Source: Planctomycetota bacterium (GTDB lineage Bacteria > Planctomycetota > UBA1135 > GCA-002748355). Taken from it: 64,000 bases of DNA. Made by a program: the position numbers and the translations under genes. The notes beneath the pieces are model-generated. The model did not search any database and was not told the DNA's origin. It saw nothing but the letters and a program-made list of their open reading frames with translations. Positions 55,217 to 64,000 of this stretch are shown here, piece by piece (position 1 is the first letter of the stretch; every line of letters starts with the position of its first letter). Location of the stretch: NCBI GenBank assembly GCA_011321845.1, contig DROQ01000199.1, positions 2,895-66,894 on the forward strand, in the 5' to 3' direction.

Positions 55217-56314
55217 CTATTTCCCCGCCTTCAGCTCCAGGGCCAGCCGGGCGACTTCCCGGTTGACCTCCCTCCACCGGGGAGAATCCTCGGGGAGGGG
55301 GCTGAGGCGGAGGAAGGTTTCCAGGTCTTTTTTGGCCTTGGCGCGCTCTCCGAGTCTGAGATAGACCTGCCCACGGTTGTAGTATTCGTCCGCCTGGGTT
55401 GGGTCGATTTTGAGGATGGCATTGAGATGTGCCAGAGCCTTTCGGGGATGATGGGCACGGAAGTAGAGGGAGTGTAGGAGTCCCCTCGCCTGGAGTTCCA
55501 GATCGATGAAGTGCTCATAGCGTTTCTTCATCTCGTTTTCGATGACGACAATCACCTTTCCCGAGAGGTTTTCGTTGCTGGAGAGGCTGTCGGCCTTCTT
55601 CTTGTAATACTCCTTCCGGCGCAAGATCTCACGAAGCCAGGCTTCTCCCGCCTCGGTGGCGATCTTGATCTGCTTGTCCCGCTTCTTCCCCGACAAGGGA
55701 TAGATGCGGTCCACCTGGACCATGAAAAGGGTCTGGAGGGCTGGGAGGATGCCGTCCCCCCTTGCGAGCATCTCCTTCAACCAGCGCTCCGCCTGGTCCA
55801 ACCGCTGCAGGTAGCTGCGCTGCAGTTCCAGGGCCTGGGCCTTGGTCGTTTGTTTTTCGGTTGGAGAGAGCTTGAGGTTTTGGATGCGCCGAAAGAGTTC
55901 ACGGGACTTGGCGAGATCCTCCCGACCCAGGCCATAGTTGGCTCGGGCGAGTCCGAGGAGGGTGATGTAATCGTGTTCTCCCGTTCCCCGAAGGCTGTGA
56001 ACCTTTTTGAATTGCTTGAGGGCTGCCTCGAAGGCCTTGGGGTTGCGGGAGCCGTTCCTGAGATAGATCTCTCCAATGATCTGGTTGAGCCGGTAGTTCT
56101 CCGGGTCGATGGCGAGTCCTTTTTGACATTGTTGAATGGCTTGGGGAAAGTCCTTTCCCTTGAAGTACCGGTCGGCCCTCTCGACATAGGGGCCCACCCT
56201 GGCCGAGTCCTGTGAAGCACAGGAGAGAGGAAGGAAGAGCAAACTCGAGACGAGGCCAAGGGAGAGTCCGCGGGATGAGAGGAGGAGCTGGTGCGCTTTG
56301 AGGTTTGGAGTCAT
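55217..56314 (-). CDS. TPR-repeat lipoprotein
   Basis: It has a lipobox (LLFLPLSC). TPR-like helices run throughout (e.g. YFKGKDFPQAIQQCQKGLAIDPENY and NRGQVYLRLGERAKAKKDLETFLRL). The start is set at the ATG at 56314 after GGGGGA, with an alternative at 56359. Confidence 0.65.
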   Translation of the reverse strand: MTPNLKAHQLLLSSRGLSLGLVSSLLFLPLSCASQDSARVGPYVERADRYFKGKDFPQAIQQCQKGLAIDPENYRLNQIIGEIYLRNGSRNPKAFEAALKQFKKVHSLRGTGEHDYITLLGLARANYGLGREDLAKSRELFRRIQNLKLSPTEKQTTKAQALELQRSYLQRLDQAERWLKEMLARGDGILPALQTLFMVQVDRIYPLSGKKRDKQIKIATEAGEAWLREILRRKEYYKKKADSLSSNENLSGKVIVVIENEMKKRYEHFIDLELQARGLLHSLYFRAHHPRKALAHLNAILKIDPTQADEYYNRGQVYLRLGERAKAKKDLETFLRLSPLPEDSPRWREVNREVARLALELKAGK

Positions 56315-56363
56315 GGCTTTCCCCCGGTTTTTTTGTTGTGGCAAAAGGAATCTCCTCATTGGT

Positions 56364-57536
56364 CTAAAGGTGGCGCAACAGGGCCACTCCCTCGAGATGT
56401 GTGGTTCTCGGAAACAGGTCGGCGACAGAGAGTCTCTCGAGGCGATACCCAAGAGAGATCAAAGCCTCGAGATCGGGGGCGAGACTCCCCGCGAAACAAG
56501 AAACATAGCAGATTTGCCGAGGGAGGAGTCCGGCGATTGCGGCTTTTCCTTCGGCTTGGAGTCCCGCCCGGTCCGGATCGAGGATGAGGAGGTCCGGTCT
56601 CTCGAGCCCCTTGGCTCCCTCCGCGAAACGGTCGATTCGGACTTCGGCCTTCAGTTTGTTTCGGGACAGATTCCGGCGAGCGTCCCGGGCGGCCGAGGGG
56701 TTGGCCTCGATCAGGACCAGGGAGGAAGCCCCGGAGCGGAGGGCGCGCAAGCCAAAGGTTCCTACTCCGGCATAGGCGTCGACAACCCTTTTACCTGCGA
56801 GGTCACCCAGGATTTTCATGATGGGATCGAAGAGCAGGGTCTTTGCCCGGATATTGCTCTGGTAGAAACTCCCCCCTGAGACCTGGAAGCGCAGCCCCGA
56901 ACTCTCGTCCAGGATCCAGTCCCGACCAAGGAGAGGGACGAAGCGTTTCCCGAGAAGCCGGTTTCCCGGTTCGTCGTGGATGCTTCGGATTACGCCGGCA
57001 ACGCGGTAGCGCTTGGGCCCGAGCCGCGGGAGGGGGAGGGCCCTGATCTTCTGGGCGAGGGCCTTGCCTTGTTCGAAGAGGCCTCCCTTGGTGACCAGGG
57101 TGACCATGCACTCGCCGGTGGAGGGGAAGCAGCGGAGAAAGAGGGCGCGCAGGAAGCCCGTTCCACTTTCTTCATCATAGGCGGGGAGCTTGCTCCGGTT
57201 GAGGAGGCGGAGGATGTCCCGGGCGAGGGGGACGAGAAGGGGATGCTGGACGTCGCAGCGCTCGATGGGGACCAGCTCGTGACTTCCCCGCTTGTAAAGA
57301 CCTCCGATGATGCTTCCTCCGGGGCCCCGGCGGAGGGGCCAGAGGAGCTGGCCGCGGAAGCCCTGGGGGGCCCGGGCGGGAGGAGGGGTCAGCCAGCCTA
57401 TGGTGGGTAGCTCGCCGAGCTGCTCCAGCGGAGCCATCCTCTCCTCGAAGGCCTTCTTTCTGCCTTCGGCCTCGACCCGGTAGTCGTGCTCGCGGACCCC
57501 GCAGCCTCCGCAGTGGGGAAAGTGGGGGCAGCTCAT
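56364..57536 (-). CDS. RumA/TrmA-family SAM-dependent RNA (uracil-5)-methyltransferase with an Fe-S Cys motif and no TRAM domain
   Basis: It has the Cx5Cx2C motif at the N-terminus (CPHFPHCGGC), the SAM motif VVDAYAGVGTFG, and the catalytic region ICYVSC. Confidence 0.8.
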   Translation of the reverse strand: MSCPHFPHCGGCGVREHDYRVEAEGRKKAFEERMAPLEQLGELPTIGWLTPPPARAPQGFRGQLLWPLRRGPGGSIIGGLYKRGSHELVPIERCDVQHPLLVPLARDILRLLNRSKLPAYDEESGTGFLRALFLRCFPSTGECMVTLVTKGGLFEQGKALAQKIRALPLPRLGPKRYRVAGVIRSIHDEPGNRLLGKRFVPLLGRDWILDESSGLRFQVSGGSFYQSNIRAKTLLFDPIMKILGDLAGKRVVDAYAGVGTFGLRALRSGASSLVLIEANPSAARDARRNLSRNKLKAEVRIDRFAEGAKGLERPDLLILDPDRAGLQAEGKAAIAGLLPRQICYVSCFAGSLAPDLEALISLGYRLERLSVADLFPRTTHLEGVALLRHL

Positions 57537-59032
57537 CCTTTGCCGCTTCCCCCCCTGCCTTCCTCCGCGAGGGTTGCGAGAAGGCGCTGGAGCCGGTCCT
57601 CCTCGAAGCGCAGGAGAAGGGTTTTGTGACGAAGGACCTCGACGAGGCCGGGGGGGGCGCCCTTGCGCTTGCGCACCTGGGAGGCCTTGGTGTAGAGGAC
57701 CTCGGCGGGGTCCTTGCCCCGTGCCTTGCTGAAGTGTACCGCGAGGGTCGCCGCGTCGAGGAGGCTTTCGCTGGGGGGTGCCTGATCCTTCTGCAGGCGC
57801 AGAACCACGTGGCTTCCTGCGTAGCCGCCCCCGATGTGCAACCAGAGGTCGCGGCCCCGGGCGATCCCCTTGCTCAGCTTGTCGTTGTCCCTGCGGCCGC
57901 GACCCACGAGAATGTCGAGCCCATCCCTTGATCGGAAGAGGCGGTAAGGGAGGCGGGGGCTTGGGGCCGCGCTCTTTTTACTCTTTTGGCTGCGCCCGGG
58001 TAGGAGGGGTGCGGCGCGTTCCTGGAGTTTCCGCAGGTTCGCAAGCCGGGTGGCGGCAGGACTGCCCTCCGCGTTCTCCTCGTTCGCTCTAAGCTCCGAG
58101 AGAAGCCTTGTTACCTCGTCCAACTTGACCTCGCTCTGCTTCATCTCCGCCTTGGTCCGTTCCCGGCCCTCCCGCAGACTCTTGGCCCGGGCGAACTTCT
58201 TTTTCGCGTTGGCTCCCAGATCGTGCTTGGGGTCCAGGAGGATGGTGCGAGGCTTGCCCTGGTCATACCAGTCCTGGACCTCGATCTCGCGTAGCCCCCG
58301 GCGGTGTTGGTCCTTTTGGGCCAGGAGGAGTTCGGCTTCGCGCTGGAGCAGGTCGGCCCCCTGCTCAGCGTCGCGGCGCTTGCCCAGGCCTTCGATCCGT
58401 TTTTGCAGCGCACGGCGCTCGCGCTCCAGCCCGGTGCGGAGGACCTGGACCAACCGCCGGTACACTCTCTCCTCCTCCAGAGCCTGGGCGCGCTCTTGCT
58501 GCGCGCGCAGCCAGCTCTGGGGATCCTCCGGAAGGGGAAGGGCTTCGGTCTCGACGAGGGCCGGGACCGAAGGAGGGCTGTAGAGAGCGCCCGGCACCAG
58601 ATCCGCCCGCCCTCCCCTGGGGCGAAAGGCCGAAGCAAGGATCCTGTCCTCTTCGTCCAAGAGGAACCAGTTCCCTCGCGGGCCGAAAAGTTCGCAGACC
58701 AGGCTCTTTCTTCCATCGAAGCCCAGGAGTACGCGCCGCTCCCCGGGAATCGCTTTGAGGCTTTCCAGAGTCGCTTTCTCCAACTCCTGGTTGAGGGTTC
58801 GCGCCACCCCGCCTTGGATCCAGTCCTCCTTGTGCAGGGTGCAGGGCTCAGAAAGGAGGCGCGCCCGCGAGGGGTCTCCGACCACCACCCGGAGGTTGCC
58901 GGGTTCCCCTCCCTCGAAGAAGAGCCAGAGATCCAGCGAGCCACCCTGCACCCCCAGGTTCCGAAGCCTGCGCCCTACGAGCAGGGGGGCCAGGACCCGA
59001 CAGTGGAGATCGAGTTCCCTCGCATGGACCAC
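57533..59032 (-). CDS. rqcH: NFACT-family protein (RqcH / FbpA-like ribosome quality control factor)
   Basis: It has an NFACT-N-like segment (ELFGPRGNWFLLDEEDRIL), a central coiled coil, and an NFACT-R (DUF814) segment (DILVGRGRRDNDKLS...RGRDLWLHIGGGYAGSHVVL). It overlaps the methyltransferase start by 4 nt. Confidence 0.75.
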   Translation of the reverse strand: MVHARELDLHCRVLAPLLVGRRLRNLGVQGGSLDLWLFFEGGEPGNLRVVVGDPSRARLLSEPCTLHKEDWIQGGVARTLNQELEKATLESLKAIPGERRVLLGFDGRKSLVCELFGPRGNWFLLDEEDRILASAFRPRGGRADLVPGALYSPPSVPALVETEALPLPEDPQSWLRAQQERAQALEEERVYRRLVQVLRTGLERERRALQKRIEGLGKRRDAEQGADLLQREAELLLAQKDQHRRGLREIEVQDWYDQGKPRTILLDPKHDLGANAKKKFARAKSLREGRERTKAEMKQSEVKLDEVTRLLSELRANEENAEGSPAATRLANLRKLQERAAPLLPGRSQKSKKSAAPSPRLPYRLFRSRDGLDILVGRGRRDNDKLSKGIARGRDLWLHIGGGYAGSHVVLRLQKDQAPPSESLLDAATLAVHFSKARGKDPAEVLYTKASQVRKRKGAPPGLVEVLRHKTLLLRFEEDRLQRLLATLAEEGRGGSGKG

Positions 59033-59043
59033 GGCGTCTCCGT

Positions 59044-59526
59044 TCAGCCTTGCTGGCCCAGCTCTTCGACCGGATCGTAGATCCAGGTGAAGGCGGCCAG
59101 GTTGTATTCCAAGAGTTCTTCGGGCTTGAAAAAGAGTCCGAGTTCCTTGTCCGCGGCCTCCTTGGAGTCGGAGCCGTGCACAAGGTTGAAGGAATTCGAG
59201 ACGCCGAAGTCACCGCGGATCGTTCCCGGCTCGGCCTTGCTCCCAAAGGTGGCGCCCATCATCTTGCGGCAGATCTCGATAGCGCCGATGCCCTCGAGGG
59301 CAAGGGCTACAATGGGAGAACTGGTCATGAAGGAGACCAGGCCCTTGTAGAAAGGCTTCTCTTTGTGGGCGCTGTAATGTTGGGCGGCCAGCTCCTGGCT
59401 CATCTGCATCAGCTTCATGCCTACGATTTTGAGCCCCTTCTCCTCGAAGCGGGCAAGAATCTTGCCGCTGAGGCCTCTTTGGACCGCATCGGGCTTGAGA
59501 AGAATCAAGGTTCGTTCCATGCTCAT
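59044..59526 (-). CDS. ndk: Nucleoside diphosphate kinase
   Basis: MERTLILLKPDAVQRGL, YKGLVSFMTSSPIVALALEG, GTIRGDFG and NLVHGSDS (active-site His) match Ndk. Confidence 0.9.
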   Translation of the reverse strand: MSMERTLILLKPDAVQRGLSGKILARFEEKGLKIVGMKLMQMSQELAAQHYSAHKEKPFYKGLVSFMTSSPIVALALEGIGAIEICRKMMGATFGSKAEPGTIRGDFGVSNSFNLVHGSDSKEAADKELGLFFKPEELLEYNLAAFTWIYDPVEELGQQG

Positions 59527-59574
59527 GTCTTCAACTCTCTCTGAATAAAGGCACTCAATGAAGGGGAATCCCCG

Positions 59575-60411
59575 TTGAAAATGGCGAACAAGGATACCGG
59601 CGTGGCCTCCAAAGGCCAAATGCTTTGGGCTGCATCCCCCTGGGTCCTGGGCCTTTGCCTCCTGATTCCCTCCTGTCGCGTGCCTCCGCCCGAGACCGAT
59701 TCCCGCTACGCCGAAATGGAGGGCGAGGGTCTTGTGGAGGCTCTTGGGCTCGAAGTCCAGGGATGGGAAAAGAGAGCCCGGGATCTGGAGCGGCGGCGGC
59801 GCTTTTTGAAACGCAAAGCTCTCCAAGCCGCGAGGCTCGAGGGAGAAGCCCGGCGGGAAACGAGGAGGGCAAAGGCTCGTCTCCAAAAAGCCCAGGCCGC
59901 CCTTGCCAGGGAATTGTCCGAGCTGAGCCGCATCGAGAAGCTCTTGGCCAGTCAGACCAAACGGGCTGCCGAGGTCCGAAACGCCCTCGCGAAGATCGCT
60001 TCCGACCAGAAACGCCTGGCAGCCCTTCAGCGAAAAACCCAAAACCTTCCTGGGGAGATCGCTGTTTTGCTGGAGCAGGTGAAAAAACTCGAGGCCGCCC
60101 GCGCAGCGCTCAAGGCCAAATGGACTCCTCCCAAGCAAGCTCTCCAGCTGCCTTCGAAGAAGGTTCCTCCCGCGAAGTCTCTCTCAAAAAAGGGTAAAAC
60201 CCCTCCAAAAATCCCCACCAAGAATCTCCCCAAAAAAAGGACCCCGGCCAAGAACCCTTCAACCAAGAGCCCCTCGATAAAGAACCCCTCGACAAAGGAT
60301 TCATCGAAAAAGAACTCTTCGACAAAGAAACCTTCCACAAAGAAACCCCTGAAGAAGAAACCCCCGACAAAGAATCCTCCGACAAAAAACCCACCGAAGG
60401 CGAAAAAATGA
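59575..60411 (+). CDS. Lipoprotein with a coiled coil and a Lys/Pro/Ser/Thr-rich repetitive tail
   Basis: It has a lipobox (LGLCLLIPSC) and an E/R/A/L-rich coiled coil. The tail is KNPSTKSPSIKNPSTKDSSKKNSSTKKPSTKKPLKKKPPTKNPPTKNPPKAKK. The precise start is uncertain. Confidence 0.55.
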   Translation: MKMANKDTGVASKGQMLWAASPWVLGLCLLIPSCRVPPPETDSRYAEMEGEGLVEALGLEVQGWEKRARDLERRRRFLKRKALQAARLEGEARRETRRAKARLQKAQAALARELSELSRIEKLLASQTKRAAEVRNALAKIASDQKRLAALQRKTQNLPGEIAVLLEQVKKLEAARAALKAKWTPPKQALQLPSKKVPPAKSLSKKGKTPPKIPTKNLPKKRTPAKNPSTKSPSIKNPSTKDSSKKNSSTKKPSTKKPLKKKPPTKNPPTKNPPKAKK

Positions 60412-60842
60412 GCAAGAACGAACCCCCCTTTTGGAAACACGCAGCCGAGGCGCTTGCTGTCCTCGAGGTCGGTGGCATTCCCCGCGCCGACCTCTTGGCC
60501 CTGCGGGAATACTGCGCCGCCCAGTCCGGAACCATCGACGCGGGTGTCCTCATCGACAAGATCCTCGCCGCCAACCAGGCCGATGAGGTCCAGCTTGCCC
60601 AACGCCTCGTTCAAACTCTTCACACCAAGCTCGCCGAGGAGGCCCCTTCCGTCCAACGCCTCCGCCGAAAACGCAAGGTCAAGGGCTTCTTCGCCCGTCT
60701 CAGCGGAAACCTCGTTGGCCAGTTCATCCTGGTCTTCATCTACTTCCTCATCCTGGCGGCCTTTCTCGTGGTTTTGAAGATGCGTTGGCCCAGCATGGAC
60801 CTCTATGTCTGGGGTGATCGGTTTCTTTCTCTCTTCCGATAA
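60408..60842 (+). CDS. Small tail-anchored membrane protein, hypothetical
   Basis: It has an ATGA overlap with the upstream gene. A soluble helical N-terminal part is followed by a basic stretch (RRKRKVK) and one TM (LVGQFILVFIYFLILAAFLVVL). Confidence 0.5.
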   Translation: MSKNEPPFWKHAAEALAVLEVGGIPRADLLALREYCAAQSGTIDAGVLIDKILAANQADEVQLAQRLVQTLHTKLAEEAPSVQRLRRKRKVKGFFARLSGNLVGQFILVFIYFLILAAFLVVLKMRWPSMDLYVWGDRFLSLFR

Positions 60843-61006
60843 CCCCCAAGCTTCCCGAATGCAGGACCTCGAACTCCCTTCCGGGCCTGGGGGGGCGGGT
60901 TCCTTTGAGGGAAGGGGCTGGCTTGAGGAATTTTTCTCAATTTCAAAATAATGAAAAAGTAGCCCGAATCTGAGCCTTTCAGGAAAATCTTCCAGGTAAT
61001 GGCTCT

Positions 61007-63271
61007 ATGGCTACTTCTCCTTTTTCCCTTCCCTTTCTTTTCTCCCTGCTTCTTTCTCCCGCTTCCCACGCTTGTTGCAACAGCCAAGGGGTCCGCCTCC
61101 CGGTGGAAACCTTGCCCCCAGGAGGGTCTGGCGGGGTTCTGGGAAACCCACCTCCAAGCGTCCATGAGACCTCGACCCGGATCACGATCGTTTTTCCCGG
61201 CACCGCGAGTTTGGAAATGGGCAAACAAAAGAACCGGGTCCTGGGCATTCGTTGGCTGAAACTGAATGGCCGACTGGTGTATTCCATGGGAACGGAGTTC
61301 GTGCCCCCTCCGGTGATCGAGCTGGTGGATCGCTGCCCTTACCCACCCTTGGAGGAAAAAGGCCGACCTCGGCAAAGCTGGGTAGACCACCTGGCTCGAA
61401 GGGCAAGCAATCGCGGGTATTGGGCTCCCCTGGGGCCTTGCCGAACCCAGCTCTTGGCCCTGGAAAAGGCCCAGTACAAGGGATCCAAAATCGACGGGAA
61501 TACGGTGAGCTTGCAATTCCTGACTCCCAGAGGGACGGTTTACTGGGTCTTCGAAGGGAGGACGAGTCTGATCGGGGGGCAATCCTTTGGAGGCTTGGGT
61601 TGGAGCCTCGAAGTCTCTCCCGGGATGGAAAACGTTGTTTGGGCGTATTACCAGGAACCGCTTCCCTTGGGCCAGGATTTTTGGTACCTGGCCCAAAATT
61701 GGGGGAACTTCCAAGAGGAGGCCCTCACCAAGGGAACGACCTTCCGTCTCCATCCCAATATGGCCTGGGGATATCTACAACCATTTTTATTCTTGGCCGG
61801 CAAGCAGGGAGCCTTGCTCGGGTGGTTGGAAAAACCGGACCCCTTCCAGGTGGAAATCCAGAAGATGGGGCCGAGGCTGGTTCGTTCCCTTGCCCTTCCC
61901 TTCGGCCCTGGGCCTCACCGCTCCACCCCCGTGAAGTACTGGCAGTTTTCTTCCCACTCCTACGCGGACAAATGGGCCCGGCTCAATGCTTGGACAAGGG
62001 CCTATGATGCTCTTGCGTCCTTTTACCGGGCGGAGACAGGAATCCAGGAAGGCTCTCCCAAACCCACCTATCTTTGGGGCATTCCTTCCGCCCAGTTCTA
62101 CCTCAACCTCTTGCAATGGAAGAAAGGGCTGCTCAAAAACCCCCCGAAACCCTGGTTGCAAACCTTCAGAACCAAGGAACTCCTGGAACTGGCGAAACTG
62201 TGGATCCCCTTGGTCTATTTGCAATCTCCTTGGCATTCTGATCTCGAGCATCTCAAAGCCGACCGATTCTTGCCCACCCGCCATGATTCCAGGGTTCCCA
62301 AGCTGGAAGATCTGGGTTCCGGGCATGCTCCCTGGGAAGCCGAAATATCCAAGTCCATCGGGGGAGTCCCCGAACTGAAACGCCTGGTGCAACAAGCCCA
62401 CCTCCAAGGCCAGAAGGTGATCCTTTGGACCAATCTCGCCCACCTGTCCATCTCTTCTCCCCGCTTGCTGCAAAACCCCGATTGGGCCATGTGGAGGAAG
62501 GAGGGGGTCCCCAACGATGAGGGCTACGGAGATATCACCGGGATGGATCTCTTCGGGGGGTATTTCGATGAACTGTTGGGAGGCTTGACCCGAGTCCATC
62601 GACAAACCGGTTTCGATGGGGTCTGGTTGGATTCCTTTTTGACCTTCGGCCTCGCCATCGATTACCGTCGTCACGCACCCCGTTCCCAAATGACCCGGAC
62701 CTTGGAAATGATGAAACGCATCCAAAAGATGGGATTGTCCGAGCTCTACATCGAAGGGGTCAGCTTGCTGGGAATCTCCACAGGCGGGTATGGGTACGAG
62801 GGAACCTATTACGGGGGAACTCCGGACAAAGGGGAATGGGCTCGTTACCTGGCGATCCGTGGAAGGGAATATGGCCTGTACCACTATGTCACGGACACCT
62901 TCCTCGAGGTCAAAAGCTATTACAGGGCCCTTGCCTCGAAGGGAGTCATCGCTCTATTCAAACTGAGTCAACTCCAAGAGCTTGAGAAGAAAGTGCCTGG
63001 GGCAAGGGAGGACATCAGGCGATCCAATTTCGAGTATCTCTCTGTCCTTCCCTACATGCAGCACCGCTTGCTGTTGGGGACGGGATCCCTTTGGCAGGGG
63101 GTAGCCTGGACCCATGACCGGGGAAAGGAGATCGCTCTCTTTTCCTTCGTTCCCTTCGATTTTCCGGTGACGGGGAGCATGAAGGTTCGGGACCTCACCG
63201 AGGGACGCAGCTATGTCGTCAAAGGGAAACTGCAGACCAAGGAATGGCATACCTATCTCTTGAAACCATAA
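61007..63271 (+). CDS. Putative TIM-barrel glycoside hydrolase-like protein (family not assignable by eye)
   Basis: The 754-aa protein has a hydrophobic N-terminus. TGFDGVWLDSFLTF followed by ELYIEG resembles the acid/nucleophile strands of amylase-like (beta/alpha)8 enzymes. Confidence 0.45.
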   Translation: MATSPFSLPFLFSLLLSPASHACCNSQGVRLPVETLPPGGSGGVLGNPPPSVHETSTRITIVFPGTASLEMGKQKNRVLGIRWLKLNGRLVYSMGTEFVPPPVIELVDRCPYPPLEEKGRPRQSWVDHLARRASNRGYWAPLGPCRTQLLALEKAQYKGSKIDGNTVSLQFLTPRGTVYWVFEGRTSLIGGQSFGGLGWSLEVSPGMENVVWAYYQEPLPLGQDFWYLAQNWGNFQEEALTKGTTFRLHPNMAWGYLQPFLFLAGKQGALLGWLEKPDPFQVEIQKMGPRLVRSLALPFGPGPHRSTPVKYWQFSSHSYADKWARLNAWTRAYDALASFYRAETGIQEGSPKPTYLWGIPSAQFYLNLLQWKKGLLKNPPKPWLQTFRTKELLELAKLWIPLVYLQSPWHSDLEHLKADRFLPTRHDSRVPKLEDLGSGHAPWEAEISKSIGGVPELKRLVQQAHLQGQKVILWTNLAHLSISSPRLLQNPDWAMWRKEGVPNDEGYGDITGMDLFGGYFDELLGGLTRVHRQTGFDGVWLDSFLTFGLAIDYRRHAPRSQMTRTLEMMKRIQKMGLSELYIEGVSLLGISTGGYGYEGTYYGGTPDKGEWARYLAIRGREYGLYHYVTDTFLEVKSYYRALASKGVIALFKLSQLQELEKKVPGAREDIRRSNFEYLSVLPYMQHRLLLGTGSLWQGVAWTHDRGKEIALFSFVPFDFPVTGSMKVRDLTEGRSYVVKGKLQTKEWHTYLLKP

Positions 63272-63308
63272 GGAGATGCGCCCTTTCCCGAGGGGTTCCC
63301 GGAAAAAA

Positions 63309-63336
63309 GGCCCGGATCCAAGCCGGGCTCTTTTCC
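63309..63336 (+). terminator. Probable intrinsic terminator after the glycosidase-like gene
   Basis: The hairpin GCCCGG-atccaag-CCGGGC is followed by TCTTTTCCTTTCC, 38 nt after the stop. Confidence 0.45.
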
Positions 63337-63539
63337 TTTCCTTTGCCTTCTTGATCTCGAACTCCTCCTGGTCCCAGGGCGGAAGCTGACCAGGGTGGAT
63401 CGAGGTCATGGGGATCTCGGGTCAAGAAAGGGGCCGAAGCAAGACGAAGATGAATAAAAATGTGAGATGTTCTACCGGGGATGTCTCCCATCAGTGATCT
63501 GCTCCCGGATAAGCCTAGGAATTGTTCGCGGATGAAAAG

Positions 63540-64000
63540 ATGACCAAGAAAACCTACCTCTTCTCTCTCTCGGGTTTGCTTCTTCTTTTTCTCCCTCTTT
63601 CCTGTGGTGGGGGTGGAGGAGGGAGTGGGACCTCCACCCAGGTCCTCGAGGGGGAGAGTTACCAATTGACGGAGAACCAGCGGATCCATCGATTGGCCGG
63701 GTACGGGATCCATAAGGATGCCTGGTTGGAGGACGATCCCAGCACCCATCTCATCACGAACTGCTATTCCAAGGATCAGGAAGGCTATGACAAGCCTGGA
63801 GTTCCTTTCTTCAAGAATGGAACCGATGCCACCTTTGGCATGGATTTGGGGTTCCCTACACCGATCCGCGGCTATCCCAGCCAGTCGGGCGGCTTGCTCT
63901 ATTTCTTCTTTGGGGATACGGATCCCATCTACAAACCGTGGTGGGACTCTTCGGGCGTAGTGACCAAGGATGAAGGGGCCTCGACCATGACCGAGAGTAC
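63540..64000 (+). CDS. Lipoprotein, N-terminal fragment (3' end lies outside the window)
   Basis: I translated this myself because it is not in the ORF track. The protein starts MTKKTYLFSLSGLLLLFLPLSCGGGGGGSGTS and continues through GLLYFFFGDTDPIYKPWWDSSGVV, and the frame stays open to nt 64000. It has a lipobox followed by a Gly linker. Confidence 0.55.
   Translation, partial: MTKKTYLFSLSGLLLLFLPLSCGGGGGGSGTSTQVLEGESYQLTENQRIHRLAGYGIHKDAWLEDDPSTHLITNCYSKDQEGYDKPGVPFFKNGTDATFGMDLGFPTPIRGYPSQSGGLLYFFFGDTDPIYKPWWDSSGVVTKDEGASTMTES

Noticed and set aside
60999-61259. Alternative 86-aa ORF (MALWLLLLFPFPFF...) overlapping the start of the glycosidase-like gene
   Set aside because: It is out of frame with the 754-aa ORF and hydrophobic only at its start. 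The rest is Pro/Arg/Gly-rich, so it is most likely a spurious overlapping frame.
1-64000. Mobile elements, prophage genes, toxin-antitoxin pairs, restriction-modification or cas genes
   Set aside because: None of the listed translations shows transposase, integrase, capsid, terminase, methyltransferase-REase or Cas signatures. The only nuclease-helicase candidate is reported separately.

Overview
GC-rich, gene-dense bacterial chromosomal window with about 55 supportable CDS and one tRNA. I found no rRNA, CRISPR array, transposase or integrase. Lipobox signal peptides, an MsbA-like exporter and a SurA-like PPIase suggest a diderm. Most of the window is housekeeping. It holds the 3' end of narG followed by narHJI and two NarK-family porters, then ald, mogA, rho, ispDF, ruvC, nadC, purB and an ndk-rqcH-RNA methyltransferase operon. 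It also holds a GldA/F/G-like ABC cluster with DUF4340, a PpiC-type PPIase and an MsbA-like exporter, a DUF1800/DUF1501 pair, and an RsbW-like kinase / GAF-PP2C phosphatase / single-domain receiver module. Three things stand out. (1) A 1605-aa single-polypeptide DUF4011 / SF1 helicase / Vsr-like endonuclease / DUF3320 protein (9026-13843) lies directly downstream of a ~200-bp nested array of six stem-loops with compensatory arm substitutions (8777-8981). (2) A ~100-aa C-terminal module is shared by three unrelated exported proteins: a PQQ dehydrogenase, an alpha/beta hydrolase and a nine-heme cytochrome c. This looks like an unnamed sorting or anchoring domain. (3) Several atypical versions of core proteins occur: Rho with an RGG-repeat N-terminus, a ClpP-like protease with a ~105-aa N-terminal extension coupled to a secreted beta-sandwich protein, NarK with a ~100-aa soluble insert, and a tRNA-Val with C at position 33. 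All family assignments come from reading the translations by eye. No database search was run.
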